A DNA stretch of 60,751 nucleotides, counting the filler, from Hausera hauseri (Eukaryota), in assembly GCA_046269625.1 (NCBI GenBank). It is 12 parts of 12 records of this genome, joined end to end, with 100 filler letters (N's around TTAATTAATTAA, not from the genome) between each part and the next. Parts side by side here need not be neighbours in the genome. Positions count along the whole stretch, not along the records: positions 22,234 to 26,348 come from JBJURY010751431.1; positions 26,449 to 31,595 come from JBJURY010322606.1; positions 31,696 to 36,060 come from JBJURY010615109.1; positions 36,161 to 40,744 come from JBJURY010518126.1; 8 more parts are not named here. One strand, given 5' to 3'. Positions 23,791-36,866 of this stretch are shown here, in pieces (position 1 is the stretch's first letter; every line of letters begins with the position of its first letter). Made by a program: the position numbers and the translations under genes. The notes beneath the pieces are model-generated. The model did no database searches and had not been told where the DNA came from. It worked only from the letters and a program-made list of their open reading frames with translations.

Positions 23791-25761
23791 TAAGTATGAC
23801 ATTATAAATAAATTATTTGAAACATATGACACTTATAAGAAAATTACTAATGCCGGACGATTATTATCGGGACGCCATGTAACTGTTACGTCACGTGACG
23901 GTTAAACTATACAGCATTATGTATTAGAGTTGAATGTTATTATTAAATTATTGTTTACCTCTTTCCTTCGTTATGTTTTTTTCTTCATTTGTTGTACACT
24001 CTTTGCATGACGCCGCGATAGCGTTTTGATTAGAGTGCTCGCTTTCGATGGTATTATGTTGAATCCAAACTGTCGCGGTTTGAATTATTCTCATGAGAAC
24101 GACTCCATTGGTCCACCAACATAAAAAATTGGATACTTTCGTTGGTCAATAAAAAATGTGAATACTAACTCCACGAAATCCTATAGGTCTTTTATGCTCT
24201 TTGTGGTCGCCTGTTGATTTGCTTTACTGTAATTCTCACTAGTTGATTGTCATAAACAAAACTTTCAAATTCTCAAAGGGCTTTCCTACCCATATTATCT
24301 GTTAAGGGCATCGTTAGATATCACACATTTTCTTTTGCCAGTGACTATCCCTGAAAGTATAGTGACTTTTGAGTGGGACTTTGTGTGCTTAGTCTCCAGT
24401 GTCTGATGGAACAAAGAGTGGAGCATTTACGGGAACACTTCCTATACCGTGATGCTGGTTCCTAATCAACAATCAAGAATGAAGGATAGCACCTTACAGT
24501 CCATGACTCTTGACACAAGACCAAACCGTTATATTTTGAAGTTTGTATTACTGATCATCGCATGTCATTATTGTGTGTTTTCGTTTTGTATATCGCACAA
24601 CAACATTTATTATATAATTTACGTATAATTTATTATAAAGATCATTTTGAAGCAATTTCATTACACAAATTGCAAATAAATACAGCACGTCTTGTTTCAA
24701 ATGACACCTCAAAAATTTTCAATTATTTGCGTTTAAAATTACCCGGCTTTGTCATTTCTTGATTTTCTGGCTTATCCATTGTTGACATTTTATGAAATTC
24801 ATCGTTAAAATACAACGCTTGAGATATATCTATTGTGTATGGCTGGGGACGACAATAAACGTTACTCTTTTCTTTATTGAAATTTCTTAGTCAAGAAAAC
24901 GGATTAATAACTGATGTTTATTGTATAGTTTTTATTGTTTAGCCTGATAATAATATTCGCTTTTTCAATAACGTCTTTTTAAAATATATGTATTTATTTT
25001 TAATTATTGAAACAAGAAGAAAATAAAGTCTTCCGTTGTCATTTCAAACATAGGAAAATTAATATAAGGCATAGAGTGTTCTTTACAGTAACTTGTTTCT
25101 CGTGTTCTTCATGTCAGCTTTGCTAAAGCAGTTTTCATTATGCTTTGTCATTCTCCATTTCTTCCTGCCACACTGAAATTCTCAGATGTCACACTTAATC
25201 CTCTTGAAGAAAGTGCCATTCATTCTGAAGATATCAGAACTGTCGAACATATTTTTCTTGACGTGTAACACCGATGGCCATACATGCCTCAGTTATGTGC
25301 CATTTATTCAGAAATGTAAGATTGATATATCTTCCTTCGTCTTTCATTCTGTGAAACTCGATAATTATTAGTGGTCTAATGTCTACCTCATAATATTCAA
25401 CTTGTGACTTATTTCTATGATATTCTTTTTATTAACATAATCCCTTTAATGACCTGCCTTAATTTTTTAACCTGTCAAAGACGGACAAAAAGAGCACACG
25501 GAGAATAAGAAATAACAATTTCAGTCCCCAAAGCCAACAGACTGCTATGGCCAGCCATACCAAACAGAACAGAAGACAACAAGGGAAACCAAACAAGTCC
25601 GTTCAAGAGGAAATCCTAGAAGAAAATCAACAAACAGTGGAGAAGACCTCCAAGACTTAAGATCAAGAACCGAAAGAAAAAGACTAAAGACAGAGAGCAG
25701 AGAATCACCATAAGCTTACAAGGCTTGTAATCAAGATGAGAATAACAAATACATATAACCA

Positions 25762-26047
25762 CGAGCCGTGATGGCTTAGTAGTTAATGCACTCGGCTGCT
25801 GAACATGTGGCAGAGGGCTAAACCTCAACCGTATGGGGGTGCATTTTTTTTTACTAAAAATAATGGGGAAAACTGCGCCACTGTGCACTACTTAGAGCTA
25901 AAATAGTGAAAGCTACCCTGTAGGACCGAGTTTAACAAATCGTGAAAGCCCCTTTATGACAGAGTTAAAACAGTGATAACCCTTTACCATACCACCAAGA
26001 GCTAAATCATTAGCTCCTAAGTATTACACTACTTGGGACACAGTTTA
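25762..26047 (+). mobile_element. Degenerate tRNA-derived SINE
   Basis: Head GAGCCGTGATGGCTTAGTAGTTAATGCACTCGGCT with an A-box and a degenerate B-box, followed by ~32-bp imperfect repeats. Confidence 0.45.
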
Positions 26048-26448
26048 NNNNNNNNNNAAAAAAAAAAAAAAAAAAAAAACAGCGGCCTTAAAAGCAGATA
26101 TTTTGAACACAAGAAAATATCCGTTGTTTTGGTCACTGAACTTGTAAATCATGGAAACAACACAGAAAAATCGCAATCATTATTGTTATTAAAACGTTAA
26201 AAACATCGACACACATGTTAACAATTACACCATTACAAGTTCCTTCTCAAAAGAAAAGGCCAATCATTGTCAACTTTCATTTCAGTGCGCTCCACATACA
26301 AACTCCAAGTTGATATCCAACCTTCCAACTCTCTATCTAGAAATCCTANNNNNNNNNNNNNNNNNNNNNNNNNNNNNNNNNNNNNNNNNNNNTTAATTAA
26401 TTAANNNNNNNNNNNNNNNNNNNNNNNNNNNNNNNNNNNNNNNNNNNN

Positions 26449-26540
26449 TGGTCGTTGATTCGATCCCAACTTTTCGGCCAGTACGTCTCCAGGAGTTCAC
26501 CCAGCCTAATAATATAGGCACCTGCGAAATTCTAACTAAT
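26449..26540 (+). mobile_element. SINE remnant
   Basis: B-box-like GATTCGATCCC followed by a GTTCACCCAGCC...GGCACCTG core-like segment. Confidence 0.4.
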
Positions 26541-29500
26541 AACGTTGCTTACTTCAATGAACGACAAAGAAGAAAAAGTGATTTCAGAGTTAACACCAGA
26601 TTGTGTGGGGGTTCGATGGACCGAGGCTGTTACTGTCATTACAAAGATGGTCAGTAGGGCCGACCTCAGTCAAAATAAAGTCACGACAACCCTGGTCAGG
26701 ACAAAACAACTTGACCTCAGTCAAAGTGGTCAGGAAGAGATATTTTTTTTTTCGTCAAGCAAGGAAGCACGAATCATGAAGAAAAAAAAATATATGAGAC
26801 ACTAGAAGAAAATGCGAGGACGGAAGTGTTGTGTGGGCGGCAACCTACAACCGAACCTGATACACAGTGCCAGGGGTGACGAATCATAGTTAGCCAAGTT
26901 CGTCTGACCACGTCTTCGAGATCGACCCCGGGCAATGGGTGGAGGCTTGAGTTGGTTCTCATTTGAGTGGTGGGTCACTTCTAAGAGGCCAAGCAATGCA
27001 TTAAAACCTGGAGGACCTCGGCTCATCCTCCTAAACACCACCGGAACTTAGGAATACAACCCTTAACAGTGCTCATCCAGAAGTGCTGATGTTTGATGAT
27101 GTGGAGTTTGAATCATCAGTCAATCAGTACTGTTGCCAGACACGACCTAGAATATTTGTAATGACAGTTTCCACGATATAAAGTTACTCACAGATAGCCA
27201 TCATTTCTTCCATTCGTAATGAACTGTTTCCGGATCTTAGCAAACTACAGATAGATCTCTTGTACAATGTCTTCGGCTATGATATTGTTGTGTCCTAGCA
27301 CCATTTACCTATTCGGAGTCGATATCCATGGCCCGATTGCAAGAACTTGGTGTGAAGCAGGGTGCTGCTAGATATGAACGTCACTGTGGGAATAGGGGAC
27401 CCTTTGTTAACCAACACAGTACCGGAACTATCAGTCGTTACGTGCTGGCAGATATACTGAGGATGAAATTGGAGCACCTATGGACTTGACCCGTGTGCAT
27501 TGAAGATGACCTGACGACTAACTTACTAACATCCTTGATTACACTTGTGCATTTGTCACCTACTATTATTGTTCCAAGGTATGTAAATATATGAATGTTT
27601 CATTCTCTTTCGGGATTTCATCTTTAATTGATACCAGCACTATTTTCGCATGTCTGCTGTTCAGTTCTAGACCTCGTTTCTTTCTCGTTTACTTCCGTTT
27701 TTCTATCTCATGATGATCTAAGCATATAAAGAAAGGAAATCTGTTTACCTATACTGAAGCACAAATCTCATCAAACGTTGACTTTATTATAAAAAAAAAA
27801 ACAAAACAAAAAACCCAGTAAACAAAACATTTTCAAACAGCTGTAGAAGATAGTCTGCATTTAATGAAATGAATGATTATTGTTAATCAGTGGAGTGCAA
27901 TGACTAGCCTAGTCCCCAGACACTTTAAGTATTTAAATTAAATACAATTTAAAGTATGTGATTATATGAGATTCAAATATTAAACCTAGACCGCTTCGGT
28001 AGATCGGAATCACTCGGGTTATATCGGCTCTCTCCGACTTGGTTTAGTATATTGTTCACTCAAAACAATTCAACACGATAAGGTTGAAATGGGTCAGCTG
28101 ACAAGGCGTGGCGTTCGGAAGTCCCAGCGCTGTATCCTTGACAGAATTTTCACTGTAACTTTCGAAAGACTTCGGTTTTGAAGAAGAAAAAGAAATAATA
28201 TCGAAAGGTAGACATTGCAGTTAAAACAAAAATGAGAAACTGTAGGTGTTATTTCAAATCAGAGGTTTCCAGCCACATTTTCCACGTACCGATACTCTTT
28301 TTAAAATTCTACGAGGATCGCATTAACGTATAAATGAAATAAATAAGCACATATGTGTATGAACAGGGCACTCGATAGACCGAAAGAAGTAGATAAGAAG
28401 GAGAAGAAAAATAAAGGTTCATAGTTAAATTAGTGGCTAGACTGCTTGGCTTACTGCCGTTGCAAAGCGATGGCGCCTTTTCAGTGTACTTTGTCACATG
28501 TGAAATTTCATTTGTTAAGATAATTCTACACATCACATAGAAAAGGTCCTTTTTTAGCCTCTTACAGTATCATGGAAGCTAGTCCCCTACAAGGAAAGTC
28601 ACCGCAAGCCACTTTTGTTATATTATGTCAAGAGAGGGAATTATAAAAGACAAATCTCAGAACATAACAAAATTAGAAAACTGTCTTACTTCTAAACAGG
28701 TATCGATATGGCAGTAAAGTCTCTTACAACAGCCGCTGTTAGCGCCACATCTACACCCCACTCTCCCGCAAGCCTGGCAATGTGAAACATTTTTAAGTAG
28801 TTAGCTTGTTGTATAATTTCATCTTCATGTGGGAAAGTTGGTTGGTTGGTTAATGTTTCTGTCGTTGTGGGGGTTGGGGGGGGGGGTTCTCTTGGCAGTA
28901 GGTTCCACCATTATCTTTCTTGATGCACTCACCTTGTGGATAACGAAACGTACTTGCGATAGCTTTGACGCATCCCCGTCTCCATAAGGGTCCCACTCTC
29001 AGGGGCATTCGCAGAGTTCTTCTATCCCATGGCGATGATGCCGGCTGTAAAGCCTTCATCGCGGCTCCATTACTGCAAGGTACTGTAGCAATAATCTCAG
29101 TTTTGAACAGATTTTCTTCTGTTTCCATGACACACTACGTGGACGCACTGAGAGGTCTTAACCTGCGTGATGATCCTGGCCTTATTAAGCTCCCCAAGCT
29201 CTCTCAGTCTTAGTGTCCTGGTGTGGAAAAGTCAATTATTCATACGTCCCTTAAACAATATACCCCACGAACCCGCTGATGACACCACCCTCACATACCT
29301 CCATCAAATACTGTTACATAAAAATAAGTTCGACAAAAAGACCAGAAAAACTGTCTCGCCCTACTACCCTACTACCACCTGCTGACGACAGCCACATTTA
29401 TCAAATATCACATAACACAAAACATCTATTACCTAACAATTAATTAATAAAATTTATACAAAACACATTTACATAACAATTATCTAAATAAAATTAAAAT

Positions 29501-29899
29501 TATACAAAACAAAATTGCATAATTAGGTAATTAAAAACGCAATTACATAATTACGTAATTACAAAAATAAAAATTATGCACGAGTCGTCTCCCCTTACTC
29601 GACTGGAGTAATGGCGTAATTGCTCGCTTGCTTCCCCGTATTTTGCTATGCTCCCTATATACTCTTCCTTAAATGCGACTCCGTTTGTGCATTCTATACT
29701 ACTGCTGTCGTGCTAACTTCAGAAATATTTATGAGTAAAGACAAACGATTCGTGTAAGATAACTGTAACTACGTATGAATTCAGAAGTCGAACTGAGAAA
29801 ACCTCTTTCATGCAAAGGTGTACTGAGATAGTAAAGTAGTGCTTACCAGAGACTGTGATACAATTAATATCAATATCTAATTTTCCACCTCACATAGAG

Positions 29900-30620
29900 C
29901 TGAGAAATGCATGCACATTTCCTCCTTTCAGTGGTGCCTTCATTGTTGAAAACATACGCGCTGGAAACCATCTACCATTATGAAAATTTGATCCATGTTT
30001 ACAAAGATGGGTCAGTCTTTAAAGCAACAGTTAATGCAAAATACGGAATAGTGATCATTCATCAGACTCAGAAGAACCCATCAAAATATTAGGCCCTTTT
30101 GGTACATGTTGCACGTATTATGAACAAGGAGGTCGCCGTTAATGGTGTGATTAAATTCTTTGGTACAGTGCCAACGAGGGGAACACAATGCCCGGGATAG
30201 AACATCCATTAAGCTTGGCAACAGTAAAACAAATAATAAAAGACAGTTGTAGAGAATATTGGATGAATATTTGGACACAAGCTAAAACTGGGGGAAAAAA
30301 ATAAAAACTTTTTTCAGACACCTTACGCCCCCGGTAAGAAAGATGCTATCAACTAGGTTTAGCGAAAGTATGAAACACAAAACTTAGGTTAAGAAATGGC
30401 CATTACTACACTAAACACCCAAAGGAACAAACCAAGCCTGCAGACTAAGGCAAAATGCATGCATTGTATATACCAAAATGAGACAGTAGAGCATCACATG
30501 CTGACGTGCCCTATGCTTCAGAAACTAAAACTGCTTCTGTTACCATATAAACCAAACATAGACTGTGTCCTGTGTAGTGGTGCACAAAAGCTCGTTAGAA
30601 CAGCATCAAGAGCTGATTGT
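29900..30620 (+). mobile_element. RNase H-containing LINE remnant (I/Nimb/Ingi-like)
   Basis: IHVYKDGS (from YTDGS); C-terminal CMHC...ETVEHHMLTC knuckle. Confidence 0.6.
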
Positions 30621-31014
30621 AGATAATGACAAGACGGCTTCAGCTATTGTTGTCTTAAGTGGATTTACAAGTGATGCTACTCATCCCATCAGTAATGTGG
30701 TCAATATTTGCATGCTTGTATACACTCCATTATACTTGTCAGTTTTGAAGCTGCAAATACAGCATTTCTATTCTAACTTTGAGTTAACGTTTTCTTCAAC
30801 GTGTACTGTGGTTCTTTTAAAGACAGGTCTACGTGTTTTCTTTGTGTCTAGGAAGATTGTCACATGACTGTAATATAACTCCGCGTTGAATGTCGTATCA
30901 CTCTAGTTATGTGATGTTGTCTCCGTGGTCAAAATCCTTTTGTGGAAATGTCGGCTCAAAATATTCAAGACCTTGCGTCACGACCGTCTTTGTTGGTTTT
31001 CAGTATGTAAGAAT

Positions 31015-31350
31015 TTATGGCTGCGAATCTTGGATATTTAGTGAAAAATTGGAAAATATGGTTTCTCAGAAGAATGTTGGACAGCAAAGAGATCAAATGA
31101 AGATGTTTCAACCGAAGCAGACGCAGAAAGAACGCTTATCAGTGAGATCAGAAATAGACAAACATCTGGAGAGCTTGGTCACCAGATGCAAAATACCAGG
31201 AACTAGAAGTAGTGGACGACAGAGAATGGTGTGTTATGGATGGTTTACGAGAAATGCTTCGAAGTAAGTCAACATCAGAAATGACCAGACACCAGGAATC
31301 GCAAGAGATGGAGATCCATGACGACCTACGCTTCACCACGTGTCACCTGA
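31015..31350 (+). mobile_element. RTE LINE 3' fragment
   Basis: YGCESW and LESLV..KIPGTRSSGRQR. Confidence 0.7.
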
Positions 31351-31419
31351 GAGAGAGAGAGAAGATGAATTATTTCCATATAGGTAATGCTTCTTAGGAA
31401 TCTGGTCACTTTTTGAGCT

Positions 31420-31595
31420 CATCATCATCATCAAGTGCCCTGCCAAATAGTTGGCGATCATGTCTCTCCAAATCTCCCTATCGCTTGTGCTTGATATAAA
31501 AACTGTGGATATGTTTTTACCATGCCATGTTATCAAACCATCTATAATTTTCTGCCTCTGTCTTCCTTTGGCTCTCTTCAATTTTAGAGGTAGAT
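31420..31595 (-). mobile_element. RTE LINE 3' end with (ATG)n tail
   Basis: KRAKGRQRQKIID...DREIWRDMIAN followed by TGATGATGATGA. Confidence 0.75.
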
Positions 31596-31695
31596 NNNNN
31601 NNNNNNNNNNNNNNNNNNNNNNNNNNNNNNNNNNNNNNNTTAATTAATTAANNNNNNNNNNNNNNNNNNNNNNNNNNNNNNNNNNNNNNNNNNNN

Positions 31696-31878
31696 AATTC
31701 ATGTATACACTTATTCGGACTTGGACTATTCTATTTTATCCGCCAGATTAAGATTCCGCTGCTAGGGACGTTCGGCGTACTATTGAGAATTACTATTCTG
31801 GCGCAATGATCTAGTATTATTGCGAGACATGACGGCGTGGATACGACACGCGGTTGATTTTGTTTAAAGATATTAAAT
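31696..31878 (+). repeat. Partial LTR copy (3' part)
   Basis: Matches 33940-34120 with 6 substitutions and a 2-nt indel. Confidence 0.85.
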
Positions 31879-33446
31879 TTTCTTTTTACCGGTGACTTCG
31901 GAAATATTTCTCTTTCCTCTTCAAATATTTCTTGTAATATCTCGCAATCCACGACATCGAATCCTTCTTTGGGTTCCGTTTGTTCTGAGGAAATCTGTTT
32001 TGTTTATTTCCCTTTTGTTAAAGTAGCTTGCACGCCAAATTTCCACTGTAGTTCGATCATATATTTTCGGTTACGGTTCAATAAATCCGCAAAATCCTAT
32101 TTTTGTGAAGATCGGACGGGGGGGACTAATCGTATGTCTCAGTCATTCTTTTATGAGCTTCCATTGTCAGCTGTAGTCGTCTTGTGGTTGTGGTAGGAAA
32201 ATGCGGTAATTTCAGGAATTCTATCAGCTGATTTATTCTCTCGATTAGATTATCGATGTGTTAGGATTTGTTAATTGACAATTTGTTAGTTGGCATATGC
32301 CCAACTTATACCCCAAACCATCAGTCCAACAATCAATATATACGCAATCCCAAAATATTGACAAAAGTTATGATACAATTCTATGACCAATACAATATTG
32401 CAGACTGTGACAATGTGTATATTGTCGTAATAATTAATAAAACCTTGTATACATAATTGTCTTATGTTATTGTTGAACCCCCGATGGGTGTCTGTACTAC
32501 TCCTGTTTCGTGTACAGAATTTTGTTAACCAAAGCGGCTAAACAATTAGTAAATTCAGTAACGTTAAAAGACGGAAGTACAGACGGAATTCACAGTCTAA
32601 AAGAATGTATATATATTGAGATTCAAGATGCAAAGATATGTCTAGAAATGCTATAATAAAATTTTGGAATATATACATAAAGGAATGTGTACATAATTAG
32701 ATGTTTTATTGAAGAATAAATGGACTTGTTCAATTACGTAAACATGCACAGAAAAAGATGTTCATAAAAGAAATATTCACCCAAAACAAATTTTAAATAC
32801 TGAGAAATAAGCCCTTGCCCAAGCTAAATATCCCAATCAGACTTTATTATCACACCATTATCACAATCAAATTAGAATAACAGAAAGTTTGATTTCAGTT
32901 TACAGAAACACAGTTATACCTACCATATCAACCGGAGGAATAATTCTTTAAAAAATAAATCGAATTATCAACATAATAATAATAATTTCGCAGGATAAAA
33001 TTAGAAATTGACAAATTAACAATAATCTGGAAAATCCAGGAATATCACTGAATCACAAAATCATTCTGGAAATTTCATTTGGATTTTCCAAAACTAAAGT
33101 TAGAAATCTAGAAGCTAAGGCACACCGAGAAATAATAGAAAATAATTTAGCAAATCATCTTTTCAAATATTATTGGTTAGAATTCTGGAAATTCTAGAAT
33201 TCACTGCTATGACAGTATATATATATACAAACTGCCAAACGAGAAAATAACCATAAAATAATCACTTTAACTGAACCGGTGAGAGGTATGATGGCGCCGT
33301 TATGGGTGAGATAAAATTCAGAAGAGTTAAGTAAGAAAGAAATGAAGGTACGAAGAGTTGGAATATGTAAATGTGATGTACTGAATGTGTAAATATGTGT
33401 ATTATTGTGGAAAAGGAAAATAGAAGTAGTGCTCTTGGGGCCGCAG

Positions 33447-34126
33447 TGTGGGGCCGACGCGGAAGGCGCCGCTGTGGTTATGACATGCATTCAGCTTTAA
33501 TGTTAACCAGTAGAAACATGGATATTCTATAGGGAATAATAACTATCAATTAACTCCGTCTAACTAAGAATGACAAGTGGATACACAAAATGTCATTGTT
33601 ATCAAATAACACCCACATATCGCGTTCGATCGACGATAACATAGGCCGTCTGATGGTGATAATAGAAATATGACTGGTCAGGAACTGATGACACTGGAAA
33701 GGGCAATTGCGGCGAGTTGAGGTTATTGGGCCCTGATGTACTTGACATCCCGACAACGACATAATTCTACTAGATTTCAGGACAAGTCATCATCTAATTT
33801 TGTATTCACTAGGAAGAAATTTATAGATTATTCCTTCTATATAGGATGCATTAATTGGATTCGTAGATTATATCTACCCCGGAGGTAATGGTTATGTATA
33901 AATATTGCGATGTAGTAGAATGAAAGGGCGATTCAGATTAATTCATGTATACACTTATTCGGACTTGGACTATTCTATTTTATCCGCCAGATTAAGATTC
34001 CGCTGCTAGGGACGTTTGGCGTACTATTGAGAATTACTATTCTGGTGCAATGATCTAGTATTATTGCGAGACATGATGGCGTGGATGCGACACTCGTTTG
34101 ATTGTTTAAAGATATTAAATACCACA
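33447..34126 (+). repeat. LTR (680 bp, TGTGG...CCACA)
   Basis: 5-bp inverted termini; preceded by purine-rich GGGGCCGCAG; TATA-like GTATAAATA at 33896; partial second copy at the contig start. Confidence 0.7.
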
Positions 34127-36160
34127 CTTCTAGTAGTCGTGGTGCTTCGAGTATGATAATATTCATATATCATTATACAAGGGATATTACTGTCTCTGAC
34201 CCTACCTCCTTACTCTTGAATGTCTGTAAATTTTTCTCTTTATTAGTTGTCAATATTAGTGACATTACTCGGAAGCACGAATTGTGAATGACTTGCGATA
34301 ATAATAGTTGTGTTATGGATAGTGAATTGATACTACCAAATCGATCAAAGTAATGACCTCGGGTTTGACTTGTGCCGTAGTTTGTTGTGAAATGTCAATA
34401 TTTCAAAAATTTACCAAATGGTGAATTTGAAGGCGCAGAGTGATACTAATCACCGAACCGCCAAAACTCCCACCTCAGAAGTGAGGGTAAAGAAAGATGT
34501 ATTAAAGGAGTTTTATTTATTTCAGACAGTGAAGTCACATGTTATCTCTATGTCATACATATACCTCTTCAGAATTTGATTTGGGATTGTGAAGAATTTT
34601 ATTTTTCAGAATAATAAACTTTATCTGGTCTAATTAGTGTTTTAGTTGAAGTGTATCTTATTCACACTGACAGCAGGAATATAATCTGTTTAAAACTAAA
34701 ATCTGAAGTCAGGTCAGTGTGTGGACAGAGATGATTTATTTTTACTGTTCGCCACGAATTCAAGAGTTAAAACAGGTCAAACCAAGGGCAGTAGAAGGAA
34801 CCCACCCAGCATGCTTGTCATTTTTTACAGCAGGGAGCAGAGTCAACAGACAGCAAGAGTTGTGGGACCGAACGTGGGTTGTGTTACGTGATGAGGAGGA
34901 TACACATCTGGAGACAATTAGTGGATAAATGATTTGCTCAGCCCACAAGCTTTCATCAACATCATGCCCTCAAGATGATCAAGCCCACTTGAGGCGAGAT
35001 GAGTGAAGCACAGCCTGGTTTTCGAGCGAAGGTGCAACATTTAATTTCGACTCACAAGCACCTCAACGCTCTTCATTATTCCACCGTCAGATCGACTGCA
35101 GCTGCACGGCTCCATACATTCATTTACTGCCCATCATTAAGGTGCCTCTCAGGTCATTTATTATCATTTCCTTTATTGAGTCTGAAATTTTGTTTCAGAC
35201 TAAGTGAAATGAAATCAGTTCACAATATTCACACCAGTAATTTTCCCCGTGTGAAAGCTTATTTTTCTTTAAATCTAATTAAAAACAATGTTACATTTGA
35301 AACAATGTTATCAAAACAGAAGATAAACTATTTGTGAAAATTCTAAATAAATGAATTGTTGATAAGGTTAAAAAAAGAGTTACACTTGCACTTTTTATCC
35401 CCAGTTTTCATGTGTCACCTTTCTCTGCTGTCGGTTCAGCTTTTAACCTCTTTTTTTCATACAATACACCTGGTAACCACAAATTACAGCCAAAACCTAA
35501 TACTACTAAGGAAATAGCAAAAGAGCACAGGACAAAATTTCTCATTTATTAACTTCAAAACAGAGAAACATGCAAAGTGTTAGGTCCACTTTAGTTTAAC
35601 CAATAATGGGGATGAAATGTGCAAGACTTTGTTTAGAGTGGAATTAATAAAATGTACTGTGGGGCCCTGAAATGTTTCATGTGTTACATAACCACAAACT
35701 CAAATATTTTGGAGAAGACATTGGATCAAGGTTTGGAGAGTTAGATGTGTTTCAAATTTTAACAAAGTTATATCAATTATTGCATAAAAAATTAAAGTTA
35801 TAGATTTATGAAGTTTTAAAGAAAATCATGAATATGGGAACTTTCAACTGTGCAGTTAAAAAGACGAAAGCTGCCAAGTTAGTCTATGCAACAAAAGTAA
35901 CAATAGCCAAGTTTTGGAACAGGGGGAAAATGCTTGCAAGAACTTTTGGCATTATACCAACGAACATTTACTTTGGAGACAGTATTAAGTTATACAAAAC
36001 GTTTCTTATTGGTCAATGTAATTATGTAACTGTACATAGATCATAAACTCGGTATCGATTNNNNNNNNNNNNNNNNNNNNNNNNNNNNNNNNNNNNNNNN
36101 NNNNTTAATTAATTAANNNNNNNNNNNNNNNNNNNNNNNNNNNNNNNNNNNNNNNNNNNN

Positions 36161-36372
36161 ATCCTTCACGTTTATCCAAATGGTGAGAGTATTGGACGAA
36201 ATACTCATGTATCCGTTTTTTTTCGCACTTTGCAAAGATGTTGGTTAATGACGATACATTGATGCTAAAATTTGATTTGATTGAAACTTTACTACCGATA
36301 CCAATTCTACAGCCGGTATTTGATCGAAAATTACAACAGATGCTAAATCTTTACGGGAATATAAGGCTTTGA
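36161..36372 (+). pseudogene. TRAF-type MATH domain fragment
   Basis: LHVYPNGESIGRNTHVSVFF matches the TRAF motif xYxNGxGxGxxTHxSxF; NDDTLMLKF matches the last MATH strand. Frameshifted and internally shortened; AATAAA at 36436. Confidence 0.7.
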
Positions 36373-36501
36373 TAAATAGACAAAAAAATCTTGTGGCTTC
36401 TATGTATGTAGTTTTAGATAAGTAGTTGCAATGTCAATAAATCTTAGTGTTTTTAGTCTTGCTTTTTTTCTTCATAGAAAAAAATGTTATGAAAAAGTTT
36501 T

Positions 36502-36720
36502 TTATTTCAATGACAGATAGTAGTTAACACATAATAATTGTCCATCTTTAGTGTATATCGCAAAATATAGACTTGTTTTTATACATGTTGGACATGACGT
36601 ATAATCTTGCAGCCATTTGAGAATACATTCCAAGCAATATCTATGTGTACACCTAATCGGTCGAGCATTAATTTTCTGAATATCATTGAAACATATCACA
36701 TAAAAATTGTTTTGAGACAT
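36502..36720 (-). pseudogene. Small RING-finger (C3HC4) protein; first Cys appears mutated to Tyr
   Basis: YVICF...CTHRYCLECILKWL....CPTC; TATATA just upstream near 36756-36762. Confidence 0.8.
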
Positions 36721-36866
36721 AAACATTTTCGGTTTAATGACCAAAGTTTTGGAGTATATATACTCTTTTATCTCAAATTTGATTAGTTGAAAAGTAATAT
36801 AAATAAAGCTTCAAAATCATCCCAAAATCATTTCAAACTTTCAAAAATCTGCTAAAATCTGCTAAA

